From: Phycisphaerae bacterium
GTDB taxonomy: Bacteria > Planctomycetota > Phycisphaerae > Sedimentisphaerales > UBA12454
Direction of reading: 5' to 3'
DNA: 64,000 nucleotides
Assembly: GCA_041661665.1 (NCBI GenBank)
Contig: JBAZTW010000004.1
Location: 5,121-69,120, forward strand
The number at the start of each line of letters is the position of its first letter. The first letter of the stretch is position 1. A program made the translations under genes and the position numbers. Shown one piece after another: positions 18,881 through 29,434 of the stretch. The notes under the pieces are model-generated. The model saw only the letters and a list, made by a program, of their open reading frames with translations. It was not told the origin of the DNA and made no database searches.

Positions 18881-20364
18881 TTGCCATCCTTCTGAAGCGA
18901 TTTCATTTTTTCTATTGTGTTTGTGGAGCTTTTGCCGTCCACCATCGGCGAAAGAATAACTTTGCCGCCGCGACCTTCGACAAACTCCCTGCCTATAACG
19001 CCCTTTTCCGCCCAATCCTGCCCTTTTATCAAAATGTCAGGTTTTACCTTTGTTATAATCGCCAGCGGGTCCGGCTCATCAAACACAACAACATAATCAA
19101 TACTCTCAAGCGCGGAAAGCACGGCCGCTCTGTCAAGCTGACTGTTAATCGGTCTGTCCGGGCCTTTGATTTTTTTTACGCTGCTGTCGCTGTTAAGGCC
19201 AAGCACAACAATATCGCCCTGCTGTTTGCAGAAGCCCAGATATTCTATATGCCCGCGATGCAGCACATCGAAACAGCCATTGGTGAAAACAATTTTCTGC
19301 CCGTGCGACCTGTGCCTGTCTAGACAAGCTGTAAGCTGTTCTGCGCTTTTGATTTTCGAGCCGCTCTTTTGCTGTCTGCTGATAAGCTCGTTGACAATTT
19401 CTTCAATCGAAACCGTCGCTGTGCCGAATTTTTCAACTTCAATTCCACCGGCGATATTGCAGATTTCGACAGATGTTTTATAATCCACTCCCGCCGCCAG
19501 AGCCGTCGCCAGGGCAGCCAAAACCATATCGCCTGCGCCGCTGACATCATAAACATTCCGAATAACTGTCGGTATATGCTCCTCAACATCGGCTGTTTTT
19601 AAATACGCCCCTTCTTTGTCGAGCGTAATTATCACGGCCTCAAGTTTAAGTTTGTCGTAGAAAATTTTCGCGGCCTTTGCGGCATCGGCAATCGTCTTAA
19701 TCTCAACGCCGGACGCAATCGAAGCCTCCAGCCTATTCGGCGTAATCGCCGATGCGCCGGTGTATTTGGCAAAATCAGCTTTCGGGGCAGGGTCAACTAA
19801 AACGCGTTTGCCGGCCGATTTCGCCAACTTTATCAATTCGCCGCAGAATCGGCTCTCAAAAAATCCCTTGTTATAATCCTGCAAACAGACAATATCAGCC
19901 CGCGAAATTTGGCGCTTATAAATTTCCAAAAGCTGGGCATATTGCCCGTCCGTCAAATTCGTATCAACTTCTTCATCAACCCGCAAAAGCTGCTGCGGAT
20001 GCCTGTGTTGCGCCAGGCCTACATATCTCTGCTTGGCAATCGTGCATCTGTCGGCGGTTTCAATAAGACCGGCAATATCAGCTCCCGCTTGAGAAAGAAG
20101 TTTTCGCAAAATGTCCGCCTCATTATCTTTGCCCAGCGTGCCGAGACAAAAAGTCTTTGCGCCAAGAGCCGCGATGTCCGCTGCCACAGAAGCCGCCCCG
20201 CCGGGTCGATGCTCCTTTTTCACAACCTTCAAAACAGGTACTGGCGCTTCGGGACTTATCCGCACCGCATCGCCATAGATGTAAACATCAAGAATAAAAT
20301 CGCCCGCAAGCAAAACCCTCGGCGAACCGAGCCCGGAAACGATATTTAAAATTTTGTCATACAT
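18877..20364 (-). CDS. hldE: Bifunctional heptose kinase/adenylyltransferase
   Basis: 'RISPEAPVPV', 'DVSGAGD', 'FTNGCFDVLHRGH', 'GLNSDSSV..KG..RP'. Confidence 0.95.
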   Translation of the reverse strand: MYDKILNIVSGLGSPRVLLAGDFILDVYIYGDAVRISPEAPVPVLKVVKKEHRPGGAASVAADIAALGAKTFCLGTLGKDNEADILRKLLSQAGADIAGLIETADRCTIAKQRYVGLAQHRHPQQLLRVDEEVDTNLTDGQYAQLLEIYKRQISRADIVCLQDYNKGFFESRFCGELIKLAKSAGKRVLVDPAPKADFAKYTGASAITPNRLEASIASGVEIKTIADAAKAAKIFYDKLKLEAVIITLDKEGAYLKTADVEEHIPTVIRNVYDVSGAGDMVLAALATALAAGVDYKTSVEICNIAGGIEVEKFGTATVSIEEIVNELISRQQKSGSKIKSAEQLTACLDRHRSHGQKIVFTNGCFDVLHRGHIEYLGFCKQQGDIVVLGLNSDSSVKKIKGPDRPINSQLDRAAVLSALESIDYVVVFDEPDPLAIITKVKPDILIKGQDWAEKGVIGREFVEGRGGKVILSPMVDGKSSTNTIEKMKSLQKDGK

Positions 20365-21418
20365 ATTTTTTTATCGCACTTTCAATAAGACTAATAATTT
20401 CCTGCCGACCGTCAATAAACTCCAGTTCAACCACAAGATGTGCAATCGGGATATCGAATTTTTCCATACACAGCAATGCCGTCTTTATCCAGTCCTTCTG
20501 CGTGGTTATAATCATATCGGCCTGCTTATATCTGCCGTTTCTGCAAATAGTCTCAATATCTTCATCAGTATAATTATGATGGTCATTATATACCTTTGTG
20601 CCGACTATGTTAAGAAACAACTCGCCAAGCGTCTGAAAAAATGCGTCCGGGTTGCCTATCCCGCAAAACGCATAAACTTTCTTTTGCGAAAGCTCATCGA
20701 GCGACATCTTCCTGTCCTTCATAAGCTTCGCGTAAACAGGCTTATGAACCGCCGTCGCGAAAACAATCGCAGGCTTTATCGCAGAAATTCTTTCCTTTAT
20801 ATGATAAATTTTTTCAGGCTGAGTCTGATTGATTCGCGTAATTATCACAGCATCAGCACGCGCAAGCGACTCGACAGGCTCACGAAGCAAGCCGGCAGGC
20901 AGAATTTTCTCTCTGCCGAACGGTTCTGTCGCGTCTATCGCGACAATATTAACATCACGAGCAAGTTTCCTGTGCTGAAATCCATCATCCATAATCAGCA
21001 GCTTGGCGTTATGTCCGGCAATAGCCTTTTTTGCGCCGGCAACTCTGTCGGGATTAACTATTACTTTCGCCTTCGGAGCGGCCTTTACCAGCATCGCAGG
21101 CTCGTCAGCGAAATCATCTTTCCTGGTCTTATATCCTCTCGTCAAAACCGCTGTTGCCACACCTTCCTGCGTAAAGTGATTACACAGATAAGCGACTAAT
21201 GGCGTTTTGCCTGTTCCGCCGGTGGTGATATTTCCGACACTAATAACCGCAGCATTGACTTTTCTCGTTTTAAAAATGGAAAAGTCGTACAGCTTATTCC
21301 TTACAAAAACCACGAAACCGTAAAATGCCGAAAACACCCCCAGTACCAGACGCAGCAACTTATAGCCCAGCGGCGGGTTTTCACAGGTAACAAGTTTTCG
21401 CCAAAATATCGCGTCCAT
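20357..21418 (-). CDS. lpxK: Tetraacyldisaccharide 4'-kinase
   Basis: 'VGNITTGGTGKTP', 'LTRGY', 'DDGFQH..L.RD', 'PAGLLREP'. Confidence 0.93.
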   Translation of the reverse strand: MDAIFWRKLVTCENPPLGYKLLRLVLGVFSAFYGFVVFVRNKLYDFSIFKTRKVNAAVISVGNITTGGTGKTPLVAYLCNHFTQEGVATAVLTRGYKTRKDDFADEPAMLVKAAPKAKVIVNPDRVAGAKKAIAGHNAKLLIMDDGFQHRKLARDVNIVAIDATEPFGREKILPAGLLREPVESLARADAVIITRINQTQPEKIYHIKERISAIKPAIVFATAVHKPVYAKLMKDRKMSLDELSQKKVYAFCGIGNPDAFFQTLGELFLNIVGTKVYNDHHNYTDEDIETICRNGRYKQADMIITTQKDWIKTALLCMEKFDIPIAHLVVELEFIDGRQEIISLIESAIKKYV

Positions 21419-21423
21419 TATAA

Positions 21424-21487
21424 AAATAGTTCTCGGCCTTCATGGCCGAATTCCACATTTTTGATTTTTTATTTTTGATTTTTAATC
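21424..21487 (+). repeat. Family A repeat; arm overlaps the icd-like stop codon
   Basis: tctcggccttcatggccga-attccac-(ttttgat)n. Confidence 0.7.
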
Positions 21488-22554
21488 TTTTTTATAATCG
21501 CATCCGCCATCTGGCTTGTACCGACCGCGGTTGGGTCGTTTCTGTCCGCTTTCATATCGTAGGTAACATACTTGCCTTCGGCAATCACATCTGCGACCGC
21601 TTTTTCGAGCCTGTCCGCTTCCGCCGTTTTGCCAAGATGCCTAAGCATTAAAACGCCGGATAAAATTACCGCACAGGGGTTGACCTTGTTTTGGCCTGCG
21701 TATTTCGGTGCGCTGCCGTGAGTCGCTTCAAAAATCGCGCCTTTATCGCCGATGTTTGCGCCGGGAGCAACGCCAAGTCCGCCGACCAGACCAGCGCACA
21801 AGTCGCTTAAAATATCGCCATACAGATTCGGCAAAACCAGAACATCGTAAAGTTCAGGTTTTTGCACAAGCTGCATACACATATTATCAACAATGCGGTC
21901 TTCAAATTCTATATCCGAATATTTTTTAGCAATCTGTCTGCTAATCTCAAGCCAAAGACCATCGGTGAACTTCATAATATTGGCTTTGTGAACGGATGTT
22001 ACCTTTTTTCTGCCATTGGCGCGGGCATACTCAAAAGCAAACTTGACGATTTTTTCCGTCCCGCTTACTGAAATAGGTTTTATGCTTATACCAGAATCGC
22101 TGGTAATCTGTTTTTTGCTGTGCTTGTTGAGCCAGTTAATAAGTTCAGTCGTATCGTCTTTGCCCTTTTCAAATTCGATACCCGCGTAGAGGTCTTCAGT
22201 ATTCTCACGAACCAATACAAGGTCAATATCCTTATATCTGCTGCGAACGCCCTTATAACTTTTGCAGGGCCGCAGACATGCATAAAGACCAAGTTCCTGA
22301 CGCAGAAAAACATTTATACTTCTAAAACCTGTCCCGACAGGAGTCGTAATCGGCGATTTCAGCGCAACACCATTTTTGCGAACCGAATCAATCGTCGATT
22401 GCGGCAGTGGCGTACCTGTCCTTGCCATCACATCCACGCCAGCCTCGGCAAGTTCCCATTTAATCTCAACGCCGGTTGCGTCAATACACCTTCTCGATGC
22501 CTCTGCGATTTCCGGCCCGATGCCGTCGCCAGTAATCAATGTAACATTTATCAT
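21469..22554 (-). CDS. Isocitrate/isopropylmalate dehydrogenase family (probably NAD-dependent isocitrate dehydrogenase)
   Basis: 'GDGIGPE', 'RENTEDLY', 'HKANIMK', 'NLYGDILSD', 'FEATHGSAP'. Confidence 0.9.
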   Translation of the reverse strand: MINVTLITGDGIGPEIAEASRRCIDATGVEIKWELAEAGVDVMARTGTPLPQSTIDSVRKNGVALKSPITTPVGTGFRSINVFLRQELGLYACLRPCKSYKGVRSRYKDIDLVLVRENTEDLYAGIEFEKGKDDTTELINWLNKHSKKQITSDSGISIKPISVSGTEKIVKFAFEYARANGRKKVTSVHKANIMKFTDGLWLEISRQIAKKYSDIEFEDRIVDNMCMQLVQKPELYDVLVLPNLYGDILSDLCAGLVGGLGVAPGANIGDKGAIFEATHGSAPKYAGQNKVNPCAVILSGVLMLRHLGKTAEADRLEKAVADVIAEGKYVTYDMKADRNDPTAVGTSQMADAIIKKIKNQK

Positions 22555-22695
22555 TTTTTCCCTTTTATTCATAAGCCTCAAAAACCCAATATGTTAAGCC
22601 AGTTTCACCCTATTGTCAAGCTGATACTTTTGACTTGATTTTTTATATCTTTATGGTATTAAAGCGGTTAGACAATTTATTGAAAGGACTTTAAA

Positions 22696-23697
22696 ATGGC
22701 GAAAACAAGTTATCCCTGGCAGGGAAAAGTTACAAACCATACCCAAATCGGCGGGATTGAACTGGCGACGCTGGAAAACGGAGCCGGTCGAGGCACGAGA
22801 ATAGCAAACGTCAACACCGGCACAGGCCTGCGATATAAAGTCGTAATCGACCGAGCCTGCGATATAGCCGATGCGTTTTTCAATCAGCATAGTCTCTGCT
22901 GGCACAGCCACGGCGGAATTACCGCCCCTTCGCCGGACAAAAAACCTGGAACTGAATGGCTGTACTCATTCTTCGGCGGACTTGTCGCAACCTGCGGACT
23001 TTCGCACATCGGCGGACCAAACGAAGAAAATGGTCTGCACGGCAGAATCGGCACACAGCCTGCCGAGCTTGTTTCGATAATTCAGCCGGACATCGCCGCA
23101 GGCAAATTAGATATGAGCATTACCGCAATCATCAAAGAGACGAGAGTTTTCGGCCCAAGTCTCGAACTTAAAAGAACCATCAGCTCAACGCTGGGCAAAT
23201 CTACAATCAAAATCTGCGATGTTATTACAAATCGTGCAAATACCCCATCGATGTTGAAATTACTGTACCACTGCAATTTCGGCTGGCCGCTCGTCGATGA
23301 AGGCTCTGAAATTATTTACAATGGAAAATGCACATCTTTCGGCAGAGACAGCGACAACAAAATTTTCAATAGTAAAAACAATTACAAAAAAATCCCCGCT
23401 CCGCTGGAGATTCACAGAAAAACAGGCGAAGCCTGCGCGTATATAGATATAAAGCCGGACAAGAACGGCGTATGCACAACCGGCATCGTCAACAGAAAAA
23501 TCGGACTTTCAGCAATGCTCAAATTCAAAAAGAAACAACTGCCATATCTAACCAACTGGCAGCATTTAGGGCCGGGCGAATATGTAACCGCTCTTGAGCC
23601 AGGCACAAATTCGCCCCTCGACATAGGTGAAAAGAAAATTTTCCTCGACCCAGACCAGAGCAAAACTTTCGAATTAGAGTTCGAAATAGGAAATTAG
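22696..23697 (+). CDS. Aldose 1-epimerase family protein (DUF4432-like)
   Basis: 'GGLVATCGL..IG.P....LHGRI', 'LYHCNFGWP', 'LEPGTN'. Confidence 0.75.
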   Translation: MAKTSYPWQGKVTNHTQIGGIELATLENGAGRGTRIANVNTGTGLRYKVVIDRACDIADAFFNQHSLCWHSHGGITAPSPDKKPGTEWLYSFFGGLVATCGLSHIGGPNEENGLHGRIGTQPAELVSIIQPDIAAGKLDMSITAIIKETRVFGPSLELKRTISSTLGKSTIKICDVITNRANTPSMLKLLYHCNFGWPLVDEGSEIIYNGKCTSFGRDSDNKIFNSKNNYKKIPAPLEIHRKTGEACAYIDIKPDKNGVCTTGIVNRKIGLSAMLKFKKKQLPYLTNWQHLGPGEYVTALEPGTNSPLDIGEKKIFLDPDQSKTFELEFEIGN

Positions 23698-23751
23698 AGT
23701 TTAGGAAGTAGAGAAAAATAAAGGGAGCGACTTCCTTTATTTCCGAATTCA

Positions 23752-24198
23752 TTATTCTTCGCCAATGGCTTCAATATCGGCTATGTCTTTTTTCCTGCCA
23801 AGGGATTTTTTATTTAAGATAAATTCCTTTTTGCCGAGAAAATACACAGGTGTGCCGCCATAATCGCCGGCAACCTTATTGGCCTGCGACTTTTCCCAAT
23901 CAACCCCTGACAGCGATGTAAGAATATCAATGCGTACAGGCGAAACGCCAAGCTGGATTATGTTTTCAATGCGGGTAAAATCCGATTCGCTGAGATTTAA
24001 TGAACCAAACCCAAAATCGCGCAGCGATGCAAGAACACGCCGGGCATTTTCGGCAACCGGCCTGACTAACAAGTCAATATCGCCGGTAAAACGCGGGGCT
24101 CCGTGAAAAGCCAATGCGTAACCGCCGACAACGATATATTCAACTTTGTGAGCGTTGAATAACTCGAGCAACTCTTTGAAGTCTTTCTGTATTTCCAT
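23752..24198 (-). CDS. Minimal nucleotidyltransferase (DUF6036-like)
   Basis: 'VVGGYALAFHG.PRFTGDIDL', 'K..LGRKKD..D'. Confidence 0.8.
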   Translation of the reverse strand: MEIQKDFKELLELFNAHKVEYIVVGGYALAFHGAPRFTGDIDLLVRPVAENARRVLASLRDFGFGSLNLSESDFTRIENIIQLGVSPVRIDILTSLSGVDWEKSQANKVAGDYGGTPVYFLGKKEFILNKKSLGRKKDIADIEAIGEE

Positions 24199-24328
24199 AT
24201 ATTTGACTTCTTAAAAAATCGACAGCCTCCAGCCGTTCCTGCGGCGTTTTACTAAGCCAGTACCCAAGATTCTGCCTGACCTCAGAAAAACCGCCAAGGC
24301 TATGCTTTTTTACCACCTTTTGAATCAT
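24140..24328 (-). CDS. Small protein upstream of the nucleotidyltransferase (possible partner/antitoxin)
   Basis: 'YWLSKTPQERLEAVDFLR' pattern typical of such partner genes; overlaps the MNT start. Confidence 0.6.
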   Translation of the reverse strand: MIQKVVKKHSLGGFSEVRQNLGYWLSKTPQERLEAVDFLRSQIYGNTERLQRVARVIQRSQS

Positions 24329-24419
24329 AAAGTCATTATACCTTATCAGGCCTTTTTTGAAAAGAAGATTTTAGACGCTGGTTTACACGGTTTTTTTGCA
24401 GCGATTTCTATAGTTACAA

Positions 24420-24454
24420 AAATGGCTGTAAGAGTTTAATTCTCACAGCCATTT
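24420..24454 (-). terminator. Hairpin downstream of pabB
   Basis: aaatggctgt...acagccattt stem. Confidence 0.55.
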
Positions 24455-24485
24455 GAAATTCTTAGGTAAAATTATCAAAAGGTTA

Positions 24486-25940
24486 TTATTTTTTTTTGTT
24501 CACGGCATTTAGGCTGGCAAGAAGCGCTTTGGCTTTGACAAGCGTTTCGTGCCATTCGGCATCCGGTTTTGAATCGGCTACGATTCCACCGCCGGTCTGG
24601 GCGTAAGCAACCCCCGCCTTGACAAGAATCGTTCTTATCACAATGTTGAGACTGGCGTTGCCTCTTAAATCAATCCAGCCGATTGAACCTGTGTAAATGC
24701 CGCGAGCGGTCGGTTCAAGAGAATTTATTATATTCATCGCGCTGATTTTCGGCGCGCCGCTAATCGAGCCGCCGGGGAAAACAGCTTTAAGGCAATCGAT
24801 GAAATCCAGACCGGGTTTTATTTCCCCTTCGATTGTCGAAATGGCGTGAAAAACCGTCGCGAAAGTTTCAATTTCCCGCCGGTCTGTTACCTTTATTGAG
24901 CCGGGCTTGCAAATTCTTCCGAGGTCGTTACGCTCAAGGTCGGTAATCATATCAAGCTCGGCCAATTCCTTTTCGCAGGCGAGAAGCTCGGCGTAATTTT
25001 TCGCGTCGATTATTTTGTTGCCGGTTCTCGGTCTTGTGCCTTTAATCGGACTGGTTGTAATTGTGCCGGCGTTTATGTTTATAAACAATTCGGGCGATGC
25101 GCTGATTATCTGATAATCTCCTGCATCAATAAAAGCTGCGTAAGGACTGGGATTGAATTTATTCTGCCATAAAAATAATTCCACAGAATTAAAGGTGTCA
25201 GGAACCTTTATTTCTTTACTAAACCGCTGGGAGAAGTTTATCTGATAGACATCGCCATCGTAAATATACTTTTTTACCTTCGCAATGGACTGAAGATAAT
25301 AATCCTTTGTCATATTGGATTGAAATGCTTTAGTTGTCATTTCGAGCGAGCCGCAGGCGAATCGAGAAATCTGTTTTTCAATAGATTTCTCCCCCGCTCT
25401 TGTTTCGCCCACCGCCCCGCTTCGCGTGAAACGCGGGGGCTGGCAAGAAGCTGCGGGGGTCGAAATGACAGTTGCTGCCTGATTTAAAATATCTTTAAGC
25501 TGGGCAATTTTTTCGCTGCCATTCGGCTCAATCGCAAAAAGATGAAAGCATTTTTCCAGACTGTCAAAGCAGATTACCTTATCGTAGAAACACAATCGTA
25601 TCAGCGGCAATTTCAAATCATCTTTTGCGGGCAAAATAATGGTTTCAATATACTGATTGAGGTCGTAGCTGAAAAAACCAATCCAGCCGATAGTAAAAAT
25701 ATCGTTATCAATTGGACAATCGGTTTTTTCGATACGATACTTGCTTAAAACCGTTCTTAATTTTTCAAAAGGGTTTTTATCGCCGATTTTAAATTCAAAA
25801 ATTTCGGCTGGTTCGGCGGCGAAATAACTGCATCTGCCGCCTGTGAGAATCGCAGGATTTGGCAATGATGAAAAAAAGTGTGCCAGTGAAGAAACTTCTA
25901 CATCGGCGAATATTTTAGCGTTAGTCAGAATTCTGGCCAT
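24486..25940 (-). CDS. pabB: Aminodeoxychorismate synthase component I, carrying an in-frame repeat insertion
   Basis: 'GDVYQINFSQRF', 'SASPELF', 'PIKGTRPR', 'AELDMITDLERNDLGR', 'FPGGSISGAPK', 'RGIYTGSIG'. Confidence 0.9.
   Translation of the reverse strand: MARILTNAKIFADVEVSSLAHFFSSLPNPAILTGGRCSYFAAEPAEIFEFKIGDKNPFEKLRTVLSKYRIEKTDCPIDNDIFTIGWIGFFSYDLNQYIETIILPAKDDLKLPLIRLCFYDKVICFDSLEKCFHLFAIEPNGSEKIAQLKDILNQAATVISTPAASCQPPRFTRSGAVGETRAGEKSIEKQISRFACGSLEMTTKAFQSNMTKDYYLQSIAKVKKYIYDGDVYQINFSQRFSKEIKVPDTFNSVELFLWQNKFNPSPYAAFIDAGDYQIISASPELFININAGTITTSPIKGTRPRTGNKIIDAKNYAELLACEKELAELDMITDLERNDLGRICKPGSIKVTDRREIETFATVFHAISTIEGEIKPGLDFIDCLKAVFPGGSISGAPKISAMNIINSLEPTARGIYTGSIGWIDLRGNASLNIVIRTILVKAGVAYAQTGGGIVADSKPDAEWHETLVKAKALLASLNAVNKKK
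25336..25470. repeat. Inverted doublet of GTCATTTCGA..GAGAAATCT palindromic elements inside pabB
   Basis: gtcatttcgagcgagccgcaggcgaatcgagaaatct (25336-25372) and inverted agatttctc...gtcgaaatgac (25383-25469) with nested hairpins. Confidence 0.8.
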
Positions 25941-26785
25941 TATACAGGATTTGCGGTCTGGGCTGGTTCGGTTTGTTTTTCGGTCTTTGGGGTTTTGCCC
26001 TGCAAAAATTGGGCAATCAGGCGGTAATCCTCAGCGCCATTGCAGGTCGGCTCATATTCAAAAATCGTTTTGCCATAGCTTGGCGCTTCGGCAAGTTTGA
26101 TATTTCTGCGAACGAAAACAGGAATAACCTCCGCCCTGCTCCAGGGGCAGTCGGTTTCCCTTGCGCCGGCAAGAAATCCGTCGATATTGCTTTTCACTTC
26201 TTCCGAAAGCGAGGTTCTGGTGTCGAACATACAAAGCAAAATGCCGCTTACTTTCAGGGCAGGATTGATTCTTCTGCTGACGAGCGAAACGGTCTGAAGC
26301 AGTTTGCCCATACCCTGCAAAGCGAGGAAATGCGGCTGCAAAGGAATAATCACCTCATCGGCAGCGGCAAGTGCATTGAGCGTCAACAGACCCAGCGATG
26401 GCGGGCAGTCGATAATCAGATAATCGAAATTGTGTTTGCTTCGGGCGATTGCTTCGCGAAAAATTATTTCTCTGCCGACAACGCTTACAAGTTCGCTTTC
26501 TGCGCCGACAAGGTCGATATTTGCGCCGAGCAGGAAAAGGTTAGGCCTTATTTCGGTTATACAGTCGTCAAATTCCGCAGAATCGGTTAATAATTTATAA
26601 GCGCCGCCCTCGATACTGTCGGGCTCAACGCCGAGATGAATTGTAAGATGCGATTGCGGGTCGAAATCAGCGACGACGACTTTTGCGCCATTTGCGGCAA
26701 GAGCGGCAGCGATATTGACAACTGATGTTGTTTTGCCCACTCCGCCTTTTTGGTTTAACATTGCTATTTTACGCATTTTTGCCAT
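25940..26785 (-). CDS. ParA/Soj family ATPase
   Basis: 'NQKGGVGKTT', 'DFDPQ', 'IDCPPSLG', 'LAEAPSYG'. Confidence 0.92.
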   Translation of the reverse strand: MAKMRKIAMLNQKGGVGKTTSVVNIAAALAANGAKVVVADFDPQSHLTIHLGVEPDSIEGGAYKLLTDSAEFDDCITEIRPNLFLLGANIDLVGAESELVSVVGREIIFREAIARSKHNFDYLIIDCPPSLGLLTLNALAAADEVIIPLQPHFLALQGMGKLLQTVSLVSRRINPALKVSGILLCMFDTRTSLSEEVKSNIDGFLAGARETDCPWSRAEVIPVFVRRNIKLAEAPSYGKTIFEYEPTCNGAEDYRLIAQFLQGKTPKTEKQTEPAQTANPV

Positions 26786-27197
26786 CCGCTTCCGATTTTA
26801 TTTTTTTGTAAATAGCGTCGAGAACGCCGTTGACGAAGCCCGGCGAGAATTCGCCGCTGTATTTTTTCGCCAGCTCAATCGCTTCGTTGATGACTACTTT
26901 GGCAGGGATGTCGTCGCAGTATTTTAACTGGTATGTGCCGAGCCGGAGAATACATCTGTCCACCTGATTAAGTCTCGACATTTCCCATTTTGCCGCCGCG
27001 GCTGAAACAAAGGCATCGCACTCAGCGTGTTTTTCCCAAAGCCCTCGCGTCCATTTGTCCGCGAGTTGGCGAATAATATCGTCTTCGGCGTTTTCCTTAA
27101 AGAATCGGCTCAAGACATCGAGGCCGGCTGCGCCCTGCACATCAAGCAGACAGGCCGCCTGCATCGCCAATTCCCTTGCTTTGCTTCTTCTATCCAT
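26769..27197 (-). CDS. nusB: Transcription antitermination factor NusB
   Basis: 'RRSKARELAMQ', 'DRCILRLG', 'INEAIELAKKY', 'FVNGVLD'. Confidence 0.95.
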   Translation of the reverse strand: MDRRSKARELAMQAACLLDVQGAAGLDVLSRFFKENAEDDIIRQLADKWTRGLWEKHAECDAFVSAAAAKWEMSRLNQVDRCILRLGTYQLKYCDDIPAKVVINEAIELAKKYSGEFSPGFVNGVLDAIYKKIKSEADGKNA

Positions 27198-27217
27198 TGT
27201 TCACTTGTCAACGTAAA

Positions 27218-27277
27218 TTAGTCTCGGCCTTTAGGCCGATTCCATATTTTTTATTTTTAATCTTTTATTTTTGATTT
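27218..27277 (+). repeat. Family A repeat
   Basis: tctcggcctttaggccg-attccata-T-rich heptamer arm. Confidence 0.7.
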
Positions 27278-27279
27278 AG

Positions 27280-27747
27280 CTATTTTATCTGGCTCATAAC
27301 GTCAACCATTTCCATCGCGTTTGCCGCAGCATTAACGCCTGCGTTGCCGGACTTTGTGCCTGCCCGTTCAATCGCCTGTTCGATTGTGTCGCAGGTCAAA
27401 ACACCGAATATTGTCGGAACGCCCGTGTCGTAGTTCACCTGGCCGAGACCTCTGGAAACCTGCTGGCATACATAATCGTAGTGGCTTGTCTGGCCGCGAA
27501 TCACAGCGCCGAGACAAATCACAGCGTTATACTTTCCGCTGGTCGCTAATTTTTTGGCGGCAGGCGTAATCTCTATCGAGCCGGGAACCCAGACAACGGT
27601 AATTTGGCCGTCGGTCGCTCCGTGTCTTTGCAGCGCATCGACCGCGCCGTCGAGCAATTTGGATGTGATAAAATCGTTAAACCTGCTCACGACTATCGCA
27701 TAGTTTGCTTTACCGGCACTCAAGTTGCCTTTTATGTGTTTTATCAT
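27280..27747 (-). CDS. ribH: 6,7-dimethyl-8-ribityllumazine synthase
   Basis: '[10 protein letters not shown]', 'VPGSIE', '[15 protein letters not shown]', 'IFGVLTCD'. Confidence 0.96.
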   Translation of the reverse strand: MIKHIKGNLSAGKANYAIVVSRFNDFITSKLLDGAVDALQRHGATDGQITVVWVPGSIEITPAAKKLATSGKYNAVICLGAVIRGQTSHYDYVCQQVSRGLGQVNYDTGVPTIFGVLTCDTIEQAIERAGTKSGNAGVNAAANAMEMVDVMSQIK

Positions 27748-28022
27748 ATTTCGGACTCCTTATTTTTTGTACTGAATTAGTGCAGTATTATAAGACTAAA
27801 CGTCTGTTTTTACCAGAAAAACGACTTTTTTATCGCCGCGACACTATCGAATCGCAAATTGCCGACCTCATAACTGTCGTTATTATAATAGGTTAAGGCG
27901 AAATTTCCACTTAAATTATTTTCATAAATGTTTTTTTGGAAAGTCCGAATTTCCCGCCAAAGACGCCGCGAAATTATGCCGAATCTTAGCATAGCAAAAA
28001 GTGCAGTATTTACGGAGAAATT

Positions 28023-29411
28023 ATGAATTCTGACAATGGATTTGAATCTTTCGAGCAGGACGATGAATTGTTAAATTCCTGGGGCAGCGCAGAGCGAAAA
28101 GCGATAAAGGCTTTCGAGCTTTACGAAAACGGGCAAATGGACGATGCGCTTGTCGCGATGAATGAGGCTTTGGATATAAATCCCGCGAATGACCGGTGGC
28201 ATTTCAATAAGGCTCTTACGCTTGACGCGATGGACAGATTCGACGAGGCGATAGCGGAATATAAACTTGCCATTGAGCTGAATCCAAATGATATCGAGAC
28301 GCTCAACTGCCTGGCGGTAGATTACACACGCAGCGGACAGTATGACCTTGCGCTGGAAGTTTTCGAGCGGATAGAAAAACACAATCCTGATTTCGAGCCG
28401 AGCTACTGCAACAGGATAATCACATACACCGAAACCGGCAATTATGAAATGGCTGAGCAGATGTTTTATATGGCTCAGCAGCTCAACGATAAATGTCCGC
28501 TGTGTTTTTATAACATCGGGAATTTATTTTTCATTCGCGGAGAGTACAAAAAAGCCGCCTGGTGCTGGGAAAAGACCGCTTCGCTTGAACCGAGCCATCC
28601 GCAAATAAATTATCGAATTGCGCAGGCCTGCTGGAATATGGGCGACAGGGACTTGGCGTATAAAAAATTCATTGAAGAGCTTAAATGCAACCCCGGCGAT
28701 ACGGATGTGATTTTTGATTTCGGATTATTTTTACTGCATGGCGGAAACATCACCGCCGCCGCTGAAAAGTTCAACCGCATACTTGAAACCCAGCCGGATT
28801 ATGCCCCAGCAATTTTTTATCTCGGTGAAATCGAATTGAATAGAAAAAATTTCGCCGCTGCCGAGAACTATTACAAAAAAGCGATTAAATGCGACAACAG
28901 ACTCCCCGGCCCCAGATTCAGACTTGGCCAGATGACTTTCAGCCGCGGCAGCAGAGATGAAGCGTTCGGCCTTTTGGTCAGCGAACTTGAGCTTGATGTC
29001 GAGCAGGCGGAAGTTTTGATTCCGATTGGCCTTATAATGATGGAAATGGGGCAGATTGATTATGCCGTTCATTGCTTTTTAAAGGTGTCGGAGATTGATT
29101 CCACAAACGCCGTCAATTATCTGCATTTGGCAAACGCGCTGGCCCTTCGCGGCGAAGACGAAGATGCCCAGCAGTTCCTCGATTACGCCGCAGAGCTTGC
29201 ACCTGAAAATTACAAACTGATTTGCAATGCCGCCAGAGCATATCTTCGGATGCAAAATCCGCAAAAAGCTCTTTTGCTGTTATCGCAATGCCCGCAGGAG
29301 CAGATGGAGTTGACAGGTAAACTGCTTGAGCTTAAAGCTAAATTCGAGATTTTTAAGACTGATGTTAAAGAGAGAATTTCGTTTCTGCTGAGAAATTTCA
29401 GACGCAGATAA
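28023..29411 (+). CDS. Tetratricopeptide repeat protein
   Basis: Multiple 34-aa helical repeats (A..L.P..... pattern). Confidence 0.85.
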   Translation: MNSDNGFESFEQDDELLNSWGSAERKAIKAFELYENGQMDDALVAMNEALDINPANDRWHFNKALTLDAMDRFDEAIAEYKLAIELNPNDIETLNCLAVDYTRSGQYDLALEVFERIEKHNPDFEPSYCNRIITYTETGNYEMAEQMFYMAQQLNDKCPLCFYNIGNLFFIRGEYKKAAWCWEKTASLEPSHPQINYRIAQACWNMGDRDLAYKKFIEELKCNPGDTDVIFDFGLFLLHGGNITAAAEKFNRILETQPDYAPAIFYLGEIELNRKNFAAAENYYKKAIKCDNRLPGPRFRLGQMTFSRGSRDEAFGLLVSELELDVEQAEVLIPIGLIMMEMGQIDYAVHCFLKVSEIDSTNAVNYLHLANALALRGEDEDAQQFLDYAAELAPENYKLICNAARAYLRMQNPQKALLLLSQCPQEQMELTGKLLELKAKFEIFKTDVKERISFLLRNFRRR

Positions 29412-29434
29412 AAGCAAAAGTGTATAATAGTTTT

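Noticed and set aside
25940-26785. Plasmid or ICE partition locus
   Set aside because: No parB or parS; the gene is embedded in the ribH-nusB-pabB operon with overlapping stops and starts
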